Positions 17,949-27,713 are shown, numbered from the stretch's first letter. The stretch is DNA of 36,220 bases from Candidatus Krumholzibacteriia bacterium (GCA_046484865.1 JAWOID010000042.1:1-36220); one strand, 5' to 3'. The notes: a model not told the origin generated them from the sequence alone. Made by a program: numbers and translations.

Positions 17949-19994
17949 ATGCCCCTCGTCGCGCTCGACAGCGTCACCTTCGACTACGGACGGGAACGCA
18001 TCCTCTACCGCGTGGGCGTCGCCGTGGAGCCGGGCGTGAAGTACGCCCTGGTCGGCCCCAACGGCGCGGGCAAGACCACGCTGCTCGCGGCTCTCGCCGG
18101 CGAGCTGGAGGTGGAGGGCCGGCGCGACGCCGCGACCTCGTTGCGGATCGGCTTCCTGCGGCAGGCCGCCGCTCTCGGGGAAGCCGCCGAGGGCGCGACC
18201 GTGCGTGAGGCGGTGGCGCAGGTGGCGTTCGCCGCCGAGCTGGCGCTGGAGCGGGACCTGGAGCAGATCGCCGCCGTCCTGCCGGCGGCCGCCCCCGCCG
18301 AGCTGGCGCGGCTGGTGGAGCGGCAGGGCAAGCTGCAGGCGGAGTTCGAGCGCCTGGACGGCTACACCATGCACGCCCGGCTGGAGGCTGCCCTCGCCGG
18401 TGTGGGTCTGCCCCCGGCGACCTGGTCGCGCCGGCCCGGCCAGCTCAGCGGCGGCGAGCGCCGGCGGGCCGCGCTGGCGGCGGTGCTGCTGCGCCGCAGC
18501 GACCTGCTGCTGCTGGACGAGCCGACCAACCACCTGGACCTGGCCGCGTGCGAGTGGCTGGAGGACCATCTCGACCAGAATCCGGGTGCCGCGGTGCTGG
18601 TGTCTCACGACCGTCATTTCCTCGACCGCCTCTGCACGCGGACGTGGCACCTGGATCGCGGTCGCCTGCAGCAGTACAGCGGCAACTACTCGTTCTTCGA
18701 CGAGCAGCGGCAACTCCGGTACCAGCAGGAACTGGCCGCGTGGGAGAACCAGCAGGCGCGGATCCGCCAGGCCGAGGATTACATCGCCCGCAACATCGCC
18801 GGGCAGAAGACCCGGCAAGCGCAGTCGCGTCGCAAGCAGTTGGAGAAGCTGGAACGCGTGGAGCGACCGCCCGCGGAGCCGGGGCTTTATCGCTTCCGGA
18901 TCGAACCCATGCGCGCCAGCGGCGCCACCGTGCTGCAGGCGGACAGTATCAGCCGAGCGTTCGCCGCCACGCCTTTGTTCCGCGATCTGGACCTGCTGGT
19001 GGTCAAGGGCGACCGGGTGGGGATCATCGGGCCGAACGGCTGCGGCAAGACCACGCTGCTGAGGGTGCTGGCGGGCATCGACCTGCCGGACACGGGCCGG
19101 GTGATCCGCGGCCACAACGTGGACCTGGGGTACTACGATCAGGAGCTGGCCAGCGTCTCGGACCTCCGCACGCCGCTCGAGGAACTGGCGGCCGTGGATC
19201 CGGTGGCGCCGATCACCGAGTTGCGCGGACTCCTGGGGGCCTTCGGGTTCGAGGCTGACGCCCACGAACGCCTGGTGCGAGACCTTTCGGGCGGCCAGCG
19301 CAGCCGTCTGGCGCTGCTGAAGCTGGTGAAGCAGGGCTACAACACGCTGCTGCTGGACGAGCCCACGAACCATCTGGACGTGCGCAGCCGCGAGTCGCTG
19401 GAAGGGGCGCTGCGCAGCTTCGACGGCACGCTGGTGGTGATCTCGCACGATCGCCGGTTTCTGGACAAGCTGGTGGACCGGCTGCTGGTGTTTCCGGGGC
19501 CCGACGATCTCCAGCCCGCAGGCGAGGTCGTGCAGCACCTGGGCAACTACCAGGACTGGGTGCGCAGGCGGCGCGCCGAGGCCGCGGCCGCGGCGGCCGC
19601 CACGGCGGCTGAGCGCCGCGGGGGTGCCGCCCCGGCCGGCGCCGCAGCGGGCGGCAGGGCTGCCGCGCCGACCGGGGCCTCCGGCGGCGGCACTGGTGGT
19701 GGCACCGGCGGAAGCGCCGGCGGCGTACCGGCCGCGCCGGATCGCCGGCCCCTGAGCAAGAACGAGCAGGCCCGCCGGCGCAGCCTCATCGCGGACCTGG
19801 AGGAACGCGTCGCCCGGCTCGAGGACGAGCACGCGACCGCCCTGGTGGTGCTCTCGGATCCGGACACCCCGTCCGAACGGCGTCTGGCGCTGGGACGCCG
19901 CTGCGAGGAGCTGGACGCCGAACTCTCCGCGGCGCTCGCGCAGTGGGAGCAGTTGCACCGGGAGATCGAGGAAGGCGTGGAGGGCGGCGCGTGA
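17949..19994 (+). CDS. ABC-F family ATPase (ribosome-associated)
   Basis: Two NBDs (GPNGAGKTT/LSGGE/LDEPTNHLD and GPNGCGKTT/LSGGQ/LDEPTNHLD), interdomain linker, no TM helices, C-terminal coiled coil. Confidence 0.93.
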   Translation: MPLVALDSVTFDYGRERILYRVGVAVEPGVKYALVGPNGAGKTTLLAALAGELEVEGRRDAATSLRIGFLRQAAALGEAAEGATVREAVAQVAFAAELALERDLEQIAAVLPAAAPAELARLVERQGKLQAEFERLDGYTMHARLEAALAGVGLPPATWSRRPGQLSGGERRRAALAAVLLRRSDLLLLDEPTNHLDLAACEWLEDHLDQNPGAAVLVSHDRHFLDRLCTRTWHLDRGRLQQYSGNYSFFDEQRQLRYQQELAAWENQQARIRQAEDYIARNIAGQKTRQAQSRRKQLEKLERVERPPAEPGLYRFRIEPMRASGATVLQADSISRAFAATPLFRDLDLLVVKGDRVGIIGPNGCGKTTLLRVLAGIDLPDTGRVIRGHNVDLGYYDQELASVSDLRTPLEELAAVDPVAPITELRGLLGAFGFEADAHERLVRDLSGGQRSRLALLKLVKQGYNTLLLDEPTNHLDVRSRESLEGALRSFDGTLVVISHDRRFLDKLVDRLLVFPGPDDLQPAGEVVQHLGNYQDWVRRRRAEAAAAAAATAAERRGGAAPAGAAAGGRAAAPTGASGGGTGGGTGGSAGGVPAAPDRRPLSKNEQARRRSLIADLEERVARLEDEHATALVVLSDPDTPSERRLALGRRCEELDAELSAALAQWEQLHREIEEGVEGGA

Positions 19995-20160
19995 TCGCGG
20001 GTGCGGGAGCAGCACGGTCTGCAGGCGTGACGGAGCCACGGCTCCGCGGTTAGACTGGGATGAGGATCGTCGGGGGCGCGGCCGGCGGCTTCTCTGCGCC
20101 GGAGCTCGACTGCGCATCCGGATCACCGGTCGTGTCCGGGACCCTGGCCCTGGGGGCAGC

Positions 20161-21471
20161 ATGGAACGAGACGGCCGCTTTCACCTGTCGCGACCCGGTG
20201 CCCCGGAAGAGCGCGCCATCCTCGTGGGCGTCCATCTGCCCATCTCCTTCGATCACGGCCGGGGCGGCACCGCGGATCTCGACGAGCTGGAACGGCTGGT
20301 GTCCGCCGCCGGGGCGGAAGCGGTGGGCGTCCTGGAGCAGCAGCGCATGCGACCGGAGCCGGCCACCTACATCGGCCGCGGGAAGGTCGAGGAGCTGAAG
20401 GAGGCGGTGGCGCGCACGGACGCCAACCTCGTGGTCTTCGACAACGAGCTGACGCCGGCCCAGGGCCGCAACCTCGAGAAGGCCGCCGAAGTCCGGGTGG
20501 TGGACCGGACCGAGCTGATCCTCGACATCTTCGCCCGCCACGCCCGCACGCGGCAGGCGCGACTTCAGGTCGAGCTCGCGCAGTTGCTGTACTTCCTGCC
20601 CCGGCTCACGCGGCTCTGGTCGCACCTCGAACGGCAAGCGGGCGGCATCGGCACGCGCGGACCGGGCGAGACGCAGCTGGAGAGCGACCGCCGCCTGGTG
20701 CGGCAGCGGATCGCGCAGCTGAAGCGGCAACTCGCGACCATCGCCGTGGGCCGCGACGTCCGCGTCAAGCAGCGCGAGGGCATCTACCGCGCCGCCCTGG
20801 TGGGCTACACCAATGCCGGCAAGTCGACGCTCATGAATGCCGTGGCCGGCGCCGACGTCCTGGTGCAGGACCAGCTCTTCGCCACCCTCGACGCCACCAC
20901 GCGCCGGGTGGCCGTGGACGAACGGCACCGATTCCTCCTCACCGACACCGTGGGCTTCATCCGCCGCCTGCCGCATCACCTGGTCGAGAGCTTCCACGCC
21001 ACGCTGGCCGAGGTCGGCGAGGCCGATCTGCTGGTGCACGTCGTGGACGCCGGCAGTTCCGATCCCGAGCGGCAGATCCGCAGCGTGAACAAGGTGCTCG
21101 ACGAGGTCGCTCCCGGTTCTCGGCCCACGCTCATGGTCTTCAACAAGATCGACACCGTGGATGCCGAGACGTTCATCAACCGCTACCAGCGTCACTATCC
21201 CGATTCGCTGTTCGTGAGCGCGGTGCGGCCGGAGGGTGGCGCGACCGTGCGCGCGACCATCCTGCGGCGCCTGCAGGACCAGGAGCGAACGGCCGTCCTG
21301 GACGTGCCTGCCGGCAGCTTCCACGCGCTGCAGACTTACCATCGCACCGGCGCCATCCTGCGCCAGGACTGGTGCGACGGTCGCTGCACGGTGACCGTGC
21401 GGGCGCACCCGGAGGAACTGCGGCGCCTGGTCGCCGACCATCCCGACATCCGGCTACGGGACAGCGCATGA
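20161..21471 (+). CDS. hflX: GTPase HflX
   Basis: YIGRGKVEEL, ILDIFA, QVELAQL, RGPGETQLESDRR, GYTNAGKST, LFATLD, DTVGFI and NKID motifs. Confidence 0.96.
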   Translation: MERDGRFHLSRPGAPEERAILVGVHLPISFDHGRGGTADLDELERLVSAAGAEAVGVLEQQRMRPEPATYIGRGKVEELKEAVARTDANLVVFDNELTPAQGRNLEKAAEVRVVDRTELILDIFARHARTRQARLQVELAQLLYFLPRLTRLWSHLERQAGGIGTRGPGETQLESDRRLVRQRIAQLKRQLATIAVGRDVRVKQREGIYRAALVGYTNAGKSTLMNAVAGADVLVQDQLFATLDATTRRVAVDERHRFLLTDTVGFIRRLPHHLVESFHATLAEVGEADLLVHVVDAGSSDPERQIRSVNKVLDEVAPGSRPTLMVFNKIDTVDAETFINRYQRHYPDSLFVSAVRPEGGATVRATILRRLQDQERTAVLDVPAGSFHALQTYHRTGAILRQDWCDGRCTVTVRAHPEELRRLVADHPDIRLRDSA

Positions 21472-22868
21472 GACAGGCGTACCGGCGGCTGCTGGGCAAC
21501 CGCAGCTTCATGCAGGTCTGGTCCGCCACGGTGGTCTCGGGACTGGGCGACCGGATCGCCACCATCGCGCTCTTCCTGCTCGTCTACAAGCTCACCGGCC
21601 GCGCCCTGGACCTGGGGTTGCTGGCGGCGGTGCAGATCCTCCCCACGATCGTCCTGGGTCCGGTCACCGGCGTGCTGGTGGATCGGTGGGACCGCTCGCG
21701 GGTGATGGTGGTCAGCGACCTCTGCAGCGCGGTGGTGGTGGCCGCCATCCCGTTCGCCAGCGACCTCGGGACGCTCTACCTGCTGGCCGGCCTGCTGGCG
21801 GTGGGGCGGCAGTTCACCGGGCCGGCGCGTCTGGCGCTCGTCCCGGACCTGGTGGCGGAGGACGAACTCGGACCGGCCAACGCGCTCACCCTGATCACCC
21901 GGAACCTCCTGCTGCTGGTCGGACCGGCGCTGGGAGGGGCGCTGGTGGCCACGCTGGGAACCGATTGGGCGTTCTGGATCGACGCCGTCACCTTCGTGGC
22001 GTCGGCGGCCATCCTGCTCTCGCGACCCCTGGTGCGCCGGCGGCCTGCGCACCGGGCGCCGGCGCTGGAGCCGCTTCACGCTCCTGCCGGCGGCCTCGGC
22101 CACGCCGCCGATGTGGCGCGCGCCGCCGCCGACGACTCGGCCGCCCGCCGCGTCGCTGCCGGATCCGCTGCGAGCGCGCGGGCCGAGCGAGGACTCGGGA
22201 CGCTGCGCGCCGGCGCCAGCCTCGTGCTCGGGAATCCGCAACTGCGGTTCGCCTTCGTCTTCTTCGGCGCGATGACGTTCGTGACGGCCATGCAGCAGCC
22301 CCTGGTGGTGGCCTTCGTCAAGGAGGCGCTGGACGGCAGCGACGTGCAGCTCGGTCTGATCATCTCGGCGGCCGGCCTCGGCGGGATCATCGGCGCACCG
22401 CTGGGAGCTCTGGGGCGCGGCATGCGCCGGCCCCTGCACCGGGTGGCGGCGCTGCTGGTGGTGGACGGCCTGCTGCTGGTGTTCTTCGCCGTGAACCGGT
22501 CCTTCACCGGGGCGCTGGTCCTTTTCGCCGCCTTCGGGGCGCTCGGCTCGCTGGGGCAGGTGGCCATCGCCACCTTCCTGCAGCGCGAGACGCCGGAGGC
22601 GTACCGCGGCCGGGTCTTCGGCTGGCTGGGCACCTGGATCGGACCGCTCTCGCTGGCGTCCGTGTTCCTCGGGCCGCTGGCGGCGGGCGTCCTGGGAGCC
22701 GCGGTCGTGCTGGGGCTCTCGGGCGCCTTCGAGCTGCTCGTCGGCGCCGGCGGGGCGCTGCTGCTGCGCCGCCAGGACGCGGCCCGTCTCAGGTCTGCGG
22801 CCGGCGCCAGGTCTGCGACCGTCGCCACGGATGCGAGCCGCCAGACGGCCGGCGCACCTCCGGCCTAG
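21468..22868 (+). CDS. MFS transporter (DHA3/H+ antiporter-like)
   Basis: ATGA overlap with the hflX stop; motif A GVLVDRWDRSRVM; about 12 TM segments; PEAYRGRV. Confidence 0.9.
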   Translation: MRQAYRRLLGNRSFMQVWSATVVSGLGDRIATIALFLLVYKLTGRALDLGLLAAVQILPTIVLGPVTGVLVDRWDRSRVMVVSDLCSAVVVAAIPFASDLGTLYLLAGLLAVGRQFTGPARLALVPDLVAEDELGPANALTLITRNLLLLVGPALGGALVATLGTDWAFWIDAVTFVASAAILLSRPLVRRRPAHRAPALEPLHAPAGGLGHAADVARAAADDSAARRVAAGSAASARAERGLGTLRAGASLVLGNPQLRFAFVFFGAMTFVTAMQQPLVVAFVKEALDGSDVQLGLIISAAGLGGIIGAPLGALGRGMRRPLHRVAALLVVDGLLLVFFAVNRSFTGALVLFAAFGALGSLGQVAIATFLQRETPEAYRGRVFGWLGTWIGPLSLASVFLGPLAAGVLGAAVVLGLSGAFELLVGAGGALLLRRQDAARLRSAAGARSATVATDASRQTAGAPPA

Positions 22869-23049
22869 AGCCGGGTCCCGGCGGCCGCTCCGGCGCGCCC
22901 CTTGCACCCCGGCGACGACCGCCGCCCCCGGCGGTCCCCCGCGTCGCAACCAGCACGATCCGTTGCCGGCCAGCGTGCATCTTGCCCGCTTCGGTGCGAC
23001 CCGCCGCACCAGCTTCCCCTCCTGCAACCGCCTGGAGCCCCGAGCACCG

Positions 23050-23065
23050 CGGCATGGCACTTGCT
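23050..23065 (+). promoter_or_regulatory. Putative sigma54 (-24/-12) promoter of the minor pilin operon
   Basis: CGGCATGGCACTTGCT has exact GG-N10-GC spacing and lies about 135 nt upstream of ATG 23202. Confidence 0.6.
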
Positions 23066-23201
23066 CATGGAGCGCGGATCAGTGTCTGCGGCGCCCAGGG
23101 CGCACGCCGGCGGCCGCACGGCCGGAGCCGGCGCCCCCGGGCGGCGTGACGCACCGGCGGCGCCGCGGGCCTGCCGGACACCCCGGAGGGAGAGTCCGTC
23201 C

Positions 23202-23627
23202 ATGACGTTGCGCACCCCCCGTCGTCACGGGTTCACGCTGGTGGAGCTGCTCATCATCATCACGCTCTTCTCGGCGATGGTCGCAATGTCCGCGCCTCCC
23301 ATGTACCGGTACCTGAACTCGAACCGGCTGGCCCAGAACTCCGATCGCCTGGTCGCCGACCTCGCCCTCGCGCGGTCCACGGCCATCGCCAACGGCGAGG
23401 TCCTGCGGTTCGTCGCCGATACCGGCGGCTACCGCATCAGCGATCCGATCTCCGGCACCACGCTGCGGGAGCGACGGCTCGACGGCGGCTGCGGGCTGGC
23501 TGCCGCCGTGACCACCGACTTCTTCCCCTGGGGCATGGCCGGCGCCGTGACCATCGACCTGAGCAACGACTCGGGCTCGCGGCGGATCAACGTCCTGCCC
23601 ACGGGCATGGTGGAGGTGAACCGATGA
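23202..23627 (+). CDS. Type IV minor pilin, FimT/GspH-like
   Basis: Class III signal [23 protein letters not shown]. Confidence 0.85.
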   Translation: MTLRTPRRHGFTLVELLIIITLFSAMVAMSAPPMYRYLNSNRLAQNSDRLVADLALARSTAIANGEVLRFVADTGGYRISDPISGTTLRERRLDGGCGLAAAVTTDFFPWGMAGAVTIDLSNDSGSRRINVLPTGMVEVNR

Positions 23628-24028
23628 CGTCGCCGCGACCGCCCGAGGGCACGCTCGCTCGACTCCACCGCTGGCTGCGGAGCGGCGGGAGGGACGGCTT
23701 CACGCTGACGGAGCTGCTGGTGGTGCTCGTGATCCTGACCATCGGCATCCTGCCGCTGGCCATGGTCCAGCATCGCGCCCGGCAACAGGTAGGCCAGGCG
23801 GATCGTCACACGCAGGCCGTCACCGTCGCGCAGGACCAGCTCGAGCGCATGAAGGGACGGGGGTTCGGCAATGCCGTGCCGGACTCGGGAGCAGCGGGGC
23901 CCATCAGCTGGCAATCGCAGGTGACCACGGTGTCGCAGGGGCTGGAGCAGCTGCAGGTGACCGTGACCTGGGCCGAGGTGAGCGGAACGCGAAGCCTCAC
24001 CGTCGCCGATCTGGTGTCCGTCCGCTGA
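23624..24028 (+). CDS. Type IV minor pilin, PilV-like
   Basis: DG|FTLTELLVVL; AVTVAQDQLERMK; VTVTW. Confidence 0.82.
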   Translation: MTSPRPPEGTLARLHRWLRSGGRDGFTLTELLVVLVILTIGILPLAMVQHRARQQVGQADRHTQAVTVAQDQLERMKGRGFGNAVPDSGAAGPISWQSQVTTVSQGLEQLQVTVTWAEVSGTRSLTVADLVSVR

Positions 24029-24059
24029 CCGCCCCGCGGGGCCCGCGAGAGGAGAGATC

Positions 24060-24641
24060 GTGACTGACCGACGCCCGTCGCTCGACCGCCGCGGCATGTC
24101 GATCGTGGAGATGATGATCGCGCTCTCGATGTTCGGGGTGATCATGGGCGTCGTCTTCACCTTCATGACCAACTCGCGCGACTCGTACACGAGCACCTCC
24201 AAGCGCGCCGAGTACCAGCAATCGGTGCGTGCGGTGATCTCGCTGCTCACCCGGGAGATCCGTTCCGCCGGATGCGACGCCACCAACGCCGGTCTCGAGC
24301 GCTTCGGGGTGGCCGACCACGCACAGATCCGCGTGCGCATGGACCTGGACGGCAACGGCGACACGCTGGGTACGAACCCCGACGAGGATATCAGCTGGGC
24401 GTACGACAGCGGAACCGGCGAGCTGCGGCGCGACGCGGGGACGGGGGCCATCACGGTCCTGCGCGGGGTCAGCGACGTGAACTTCCGCTACTTCCAGGCC
24501 GACGGCGCCGAACTGCTGGGCACCCCGCTCTCGGCCATGGACCGGGCGCTGGTGCGCTTCGTGGACGTGGAGATCGTCGGCGCGACCGCCACCGGCGAGG
24601 AGATCAGCTACCAGACCCGGGTCCTGGTCCGCAACGGTTGA
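24060..24641 (+). CDS. Type IV minor pilin, PilW/PulJ-like
   Basis: RG|MSIVEMMIAL; LLTREIRSAG; ends in VRNG. Confidence 0.82.
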   Translation: MTDRRPSLDRRGMSIVEMMIALSMFGVIMGVVFTFMTNSRDSYTSTSKRAEYQQSVRAVISLLTREIRSAGCDATNAGLERFGVADHAQIRVRMDLDGNGDTLGTNPDEDISWAYDSGTGELRRDAGTGAITVLRGVSDVNFRYFQADGAELLGTPLSAMDRALVRFVDVEIVGATATGEEISYQTRVLVRNG

Positions 24642-24661
24642 CCGAGGCCCCAGGAGGAGAG

Positions 24662-25177
24662 ATGGATCGCCGCCCCCCGCAGCAGCCGCCACGCGACGGC
24701 TTCGTCCGCGCCGGCCTGGTCCGCGCCGACCTGGCCCGTGCCGACCTGGCGCGTGACGGCTTCGCCCTCGTGACCACGCTGCTCATCATCCTCGTGCTGT
24801 CGGTGATCGCCATGGGCGCGGCCTGGCTCGCGAGCACGGAGAAGCGGGTGAGCTTCGCGGAGGGCGTGCACGTGAGCGCCACGTTCGCGGCCGACGCCGG
24901 CGGCGAGGCGGGCATCAACTTCCTCCGTCTGGCCGACGTGCCGCCGTCGATCCTGGATTTCGGCAACTTCCTCGTCCGTTCCCACGGCACGACGAACCTG
25001 CAGAGCTCGCAGGATTACCGGTTCAACGCGCACTACGTGCGCAAGCGACCCAAGCCGGGCTGGGGCGTGGCGTTCCTCGACTACGACTATCGCGTCGTCT
25101 CTCGGGGCACGGCCTCCACCTCGGGCGAGACCGCCGTGGAGCTGGTCGCCAGCCGTCTCTTCAAGGAAGGCTACTGA
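24662..25177 (+). CDS. PilX-like minor pilin
   Basis: DG|FALVTTLLII lacks E5, as in PilX; ATFAADAGGEAGI; GAGGAG SD. Confidence 0.78.
   Translation: MDRRPPQQPPRDGFVRAGLVRADLARADLARDGFALVTTLLIILVLSVIAMGAAWLASTEKRVSFAEGVHVSATFAADAGGEAGINFLRLADVPPSILDFGNFLVRSHGTTNLQSSQDYRFNAHYVRKRPKPGWGVAFLDYDYRVVSRGTASTSGETAVELVASRLFKEGY
24692..24764. repeat. Degenerate 15-bp tandem repeats in the PilX-like leader
   Basis: CTGGTCCGCGCCGAC / CTGGCCCGTGCCGAC / CTGGCGCGTGACGGC; the region encodes RDGFVRAGLVRADLARADLARDGF. Confidence 0.7.
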
Positions 25178-25720
25178 GGCATCCCGGCGCTCCGCCCGTC
25201 GTCCAGCCCGCCACGATCGCGGACGGCGAAACCCGCTGGTCCTGGCGGAGGCCGTCTCGCCGGCATCGTCTCAGGTTCCGACCGCGCGACGGCGCCGGCC
25301 GGGGCGAGGCGTCTCGCGAGGCGGTGCCGATGCCCGGGCCGCGATCGCCCACGGCTCGCCGTCTGACGACCCAATCTTCTTTCGCGCAACGAGTTCACCA
25401 CGATCGCACGGTGGCTGACCGCCCGTTCGGCGGCCCCGGCCGCGAAGGGTCCGGATCTTGCGGTCGCCAAGGTGCCGAAACCCCACGGTCGGGCGGTCGT
25501 GCGGGCCGTCTGCGGAGGCGGGGCCGCCCGGGCCAGGCGCGGTCCCGCCACCGGTCTCGCCGGGGCGCCCCCCTTGATTTCCCCTGCTGGATGCACCAAT
25601 CTATGAGACGGTACCCGGCCGTGGAGGCACCTCTCATGACCCCATTCACCCCTGGCGCGTGATCCGTCTTTGACGGGCTCGCGAAACCGCCGTTCGTCCG
25701 TCAGAGGTCAGGAGGCTGGC

Positions 25721-26788
25721 ATGACCATCAAGGTGACCCGGAACCCCGCTCCGCCGGCCCCGCCCACCGGCAACTTCGGCTTCGGTCAGATCTTCACCCC
25801 CCACATGTTCAAGCTGGACTACCATAACGGACGGTGGGAGAACCCGCGCATCGAGCCCTACGGTCCACTGACGTTCGATCCTGCCGCCAAGGTGCTGCAC
25901 TACGGGCAGGAGATCTTCGAGGGCATGAAGGCCTACCGCAACGCGAAGACCGGAGAGGTGCACATGTTCCGGCCGGACAAGAACATCCGGCGGATGAACC
26001 TGTCCTGCGAGCGAATCTGCATGCCGCGGCTGGACGAGGATCTGTTCATGGAGGCGCTGGAGCGCCTCATCGACCTCGACCGCGACTGGGTTCCGGAGAG
26101 CCCCGACGCCCTCTACATCCGCCCCACGATGATCGCCACCCAGGTGGGCCTGGGCGTGAAGGCTGCCACGGAGTACCTGTTCTTCATCATCATCGGGCCG
26201 GTGGGCAGCTACTTCGCCCGGGGCATCAACCCGTTGCGCCTGAGGGCCGAGGAGAGGTTCGTGCGGTCGGCTCCCGGCGGCACGGGCGCGGCCAAGACCG
26301 GCGGCAATTACGCTGCGGCGCTGCTACCGATCCAGCTCGCCCAGACCGACGGCTTCGACCAGATCATCTGGCTGGACGCCTGCGAGAAGAAGTACGTGGA
26401 AGAGATGGGCGCCATGAACATCGCGTTCGTCTACGAGGACCGCATCCAGACCGCTCCCACCGGCGACACCATCCTCGACGGCGTCACCCGCGACTCCGTC
26501 GGCTACCTCTGCGCCGATCTGGGCTACCGGTGGCTGGAGGAACGCCCGGTCGTCAAGCAGGTTTGCGACGACGCCGATACCGGCCGTCTCAAGGAGGTCT
26601 TCGCGTGCGGTACCGCGGCCGTGGTCACGCCCGTCGGCGTGATCCACTGCGCGGGCAAGGACCACCGCATCGCCGACGGCAAGGAAGGCCCGATCACCCG
26701 GCAGCTGCGAGAGACCCTGTGCGAGATCCACGAGGGCCAGAGCGAGCTGCACCCGGAGTGGGTGCACCTGGTTCCGCACTTCGACTGA
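25721..26788 (+). CDS. ilvE: Branched-chain amino acid aminotransferase
   Basis: FGQIFTPHM, LHYGQEIFEGMKAY, LYIRP, AKTGGNYAA, EEMGAMN, ILDGVTR and FACGTAAV motifs. Confidence 0.95.
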   Translation: MTIKVTRNPAPPAPPTGNFGFGQIFTPHMFKLDYHNGRWENPRIEPYGPLTFDPAAKVLHYGQEIFEGMKAYRNAKTGEVHMFRPDKNIRRMNLSCERICMPRLDEDLFMEALERLIDLDRDWVPESPDALYIRPTMIATQVGLGVKAATEYLFFIIIGPVGSYFARGINPLRLRAEERFVRSAPGGTGAAKTGGNYAAALLPIQLAQTDGFDQIIWLDACEKKYVEEMGAMNIAFVYEDRIQTAPTGDTILDGVTRDSVGYLCADLGYRWLEERPVVKQVCDDADTGRLKEVFACGTAAVVTPVGVIHCAGKDHRIADGKEGPITRQLRETLCEIHEGQSELHPEWVHLVPHFD

Positions 26789-26807
26789 CGCCCCGCCTGG
26801 AGACCCG

Positions 26808-27713
26808 ATGTCCGATCAGCGCTCCCTCTTCGATACCCCGGGGCCGGCCGCCGAGCCGGCCCCGGGGGGCCGACCCGCTCCGGCGCGCCCGGCGGCGGTC
26901 GCCGTGACCACCGGGCACGCGCCGCTGCGTCACCTGCGGCTGGATCGGCCGCTGGTGGTGTTCGACCTCGAGACCACCGGCATCGACGTCGCCCGCGACC
27001 GCATCGTCCAGCTCGCGCTGATCCGGGTGGAACCCGACGGCACCCGGCGTCTCCTGGAGACGCTGGTCGATCCGGAGCAGCCCATTCCCGCCGCGTCCAC
27101 GGCCATCCACGGCATCGGCGACGAGGACGTGCGCGGGCAGCCCACGCTGGCCGAGCTGGTGCCGCTCCTGCACGAACTGCTCGCCGGCGCCGATCTCGCC
27201 GGCTTCAATTCCATCGCGTTCGACTTGCCGTTGCTCGTGCAGGAGCTGCATCGGGTGGGCAGCCCGCTCGACCTCGGTGACGCGCGCCACCTGGACGCGA
27301 TGGTGATCTTCAAGCGCATGGAGCAACGCAACCTGAGCGCCGCCTTGCGGTTCTACTGCGGCCGCGATCTGGAGGGAGCGCACGCTGCGCTGGCCGATGC
27401 CGAGGCGGCCCTCGACGTGCTCGACGCGCAGGCGGGACACTACGACGAGTTGCCGCGAGACGCCGAAGGCCTGCACGCCTTCTGCAACGAGCGCGCGGCC
27501 CGCTACGTGGACGCCACGCGCAAGTTCGGCTGGGACGAGGACGGCGAGGCCGTCCTCGCCTTCGGCAAGCTGAACGGCCGCCGTTTGCGCGACGTCGCTT
27601 GCGAACCCGACGGGCGCGGGTTCCTGCAGTGGATGCTGGGCCGCGACTTCACGGCCGAGGTGAAGCAGATCGTCCAGCTCGCCCTGGACGGAACCTACCC
27701 GCGACGACGCTGA
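26808..27713 (+). CDS. DEDDh 3'-5' exonuclease (DNA pol III epsilon-like)
   Basis: VFDLETTG, GFNSIAFD and AHAALAD motifs; C-terminal FGKLNG. Confidence 0.9.
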   Translation: MSDQRSLFDTPGPAAEPAPGGRPAPARPAAVAVTTGHAPLRHLRLDRPLVVFDLETTGIDVARDRIVQLALIRVEPDGTRRLLETLVDPEQPIPAASTAIHGIGDEDVRGQPTLAELVPLLHELLAGADLAGFNSIAFDLPLLVQELHRVGSPLDLGDARHLDAMVIFKRMEQRNLSAALRFYCGRDLEGAHAALADAEAALDVLDAQAGHYDELPRDAEGLHAFCNERAARYVDATRKFGWDEDGEAVLAFGKLNGRRLRDVACEPDGRGFLQWMLGRDFTAEVKQIVQLALDGTYPRRR

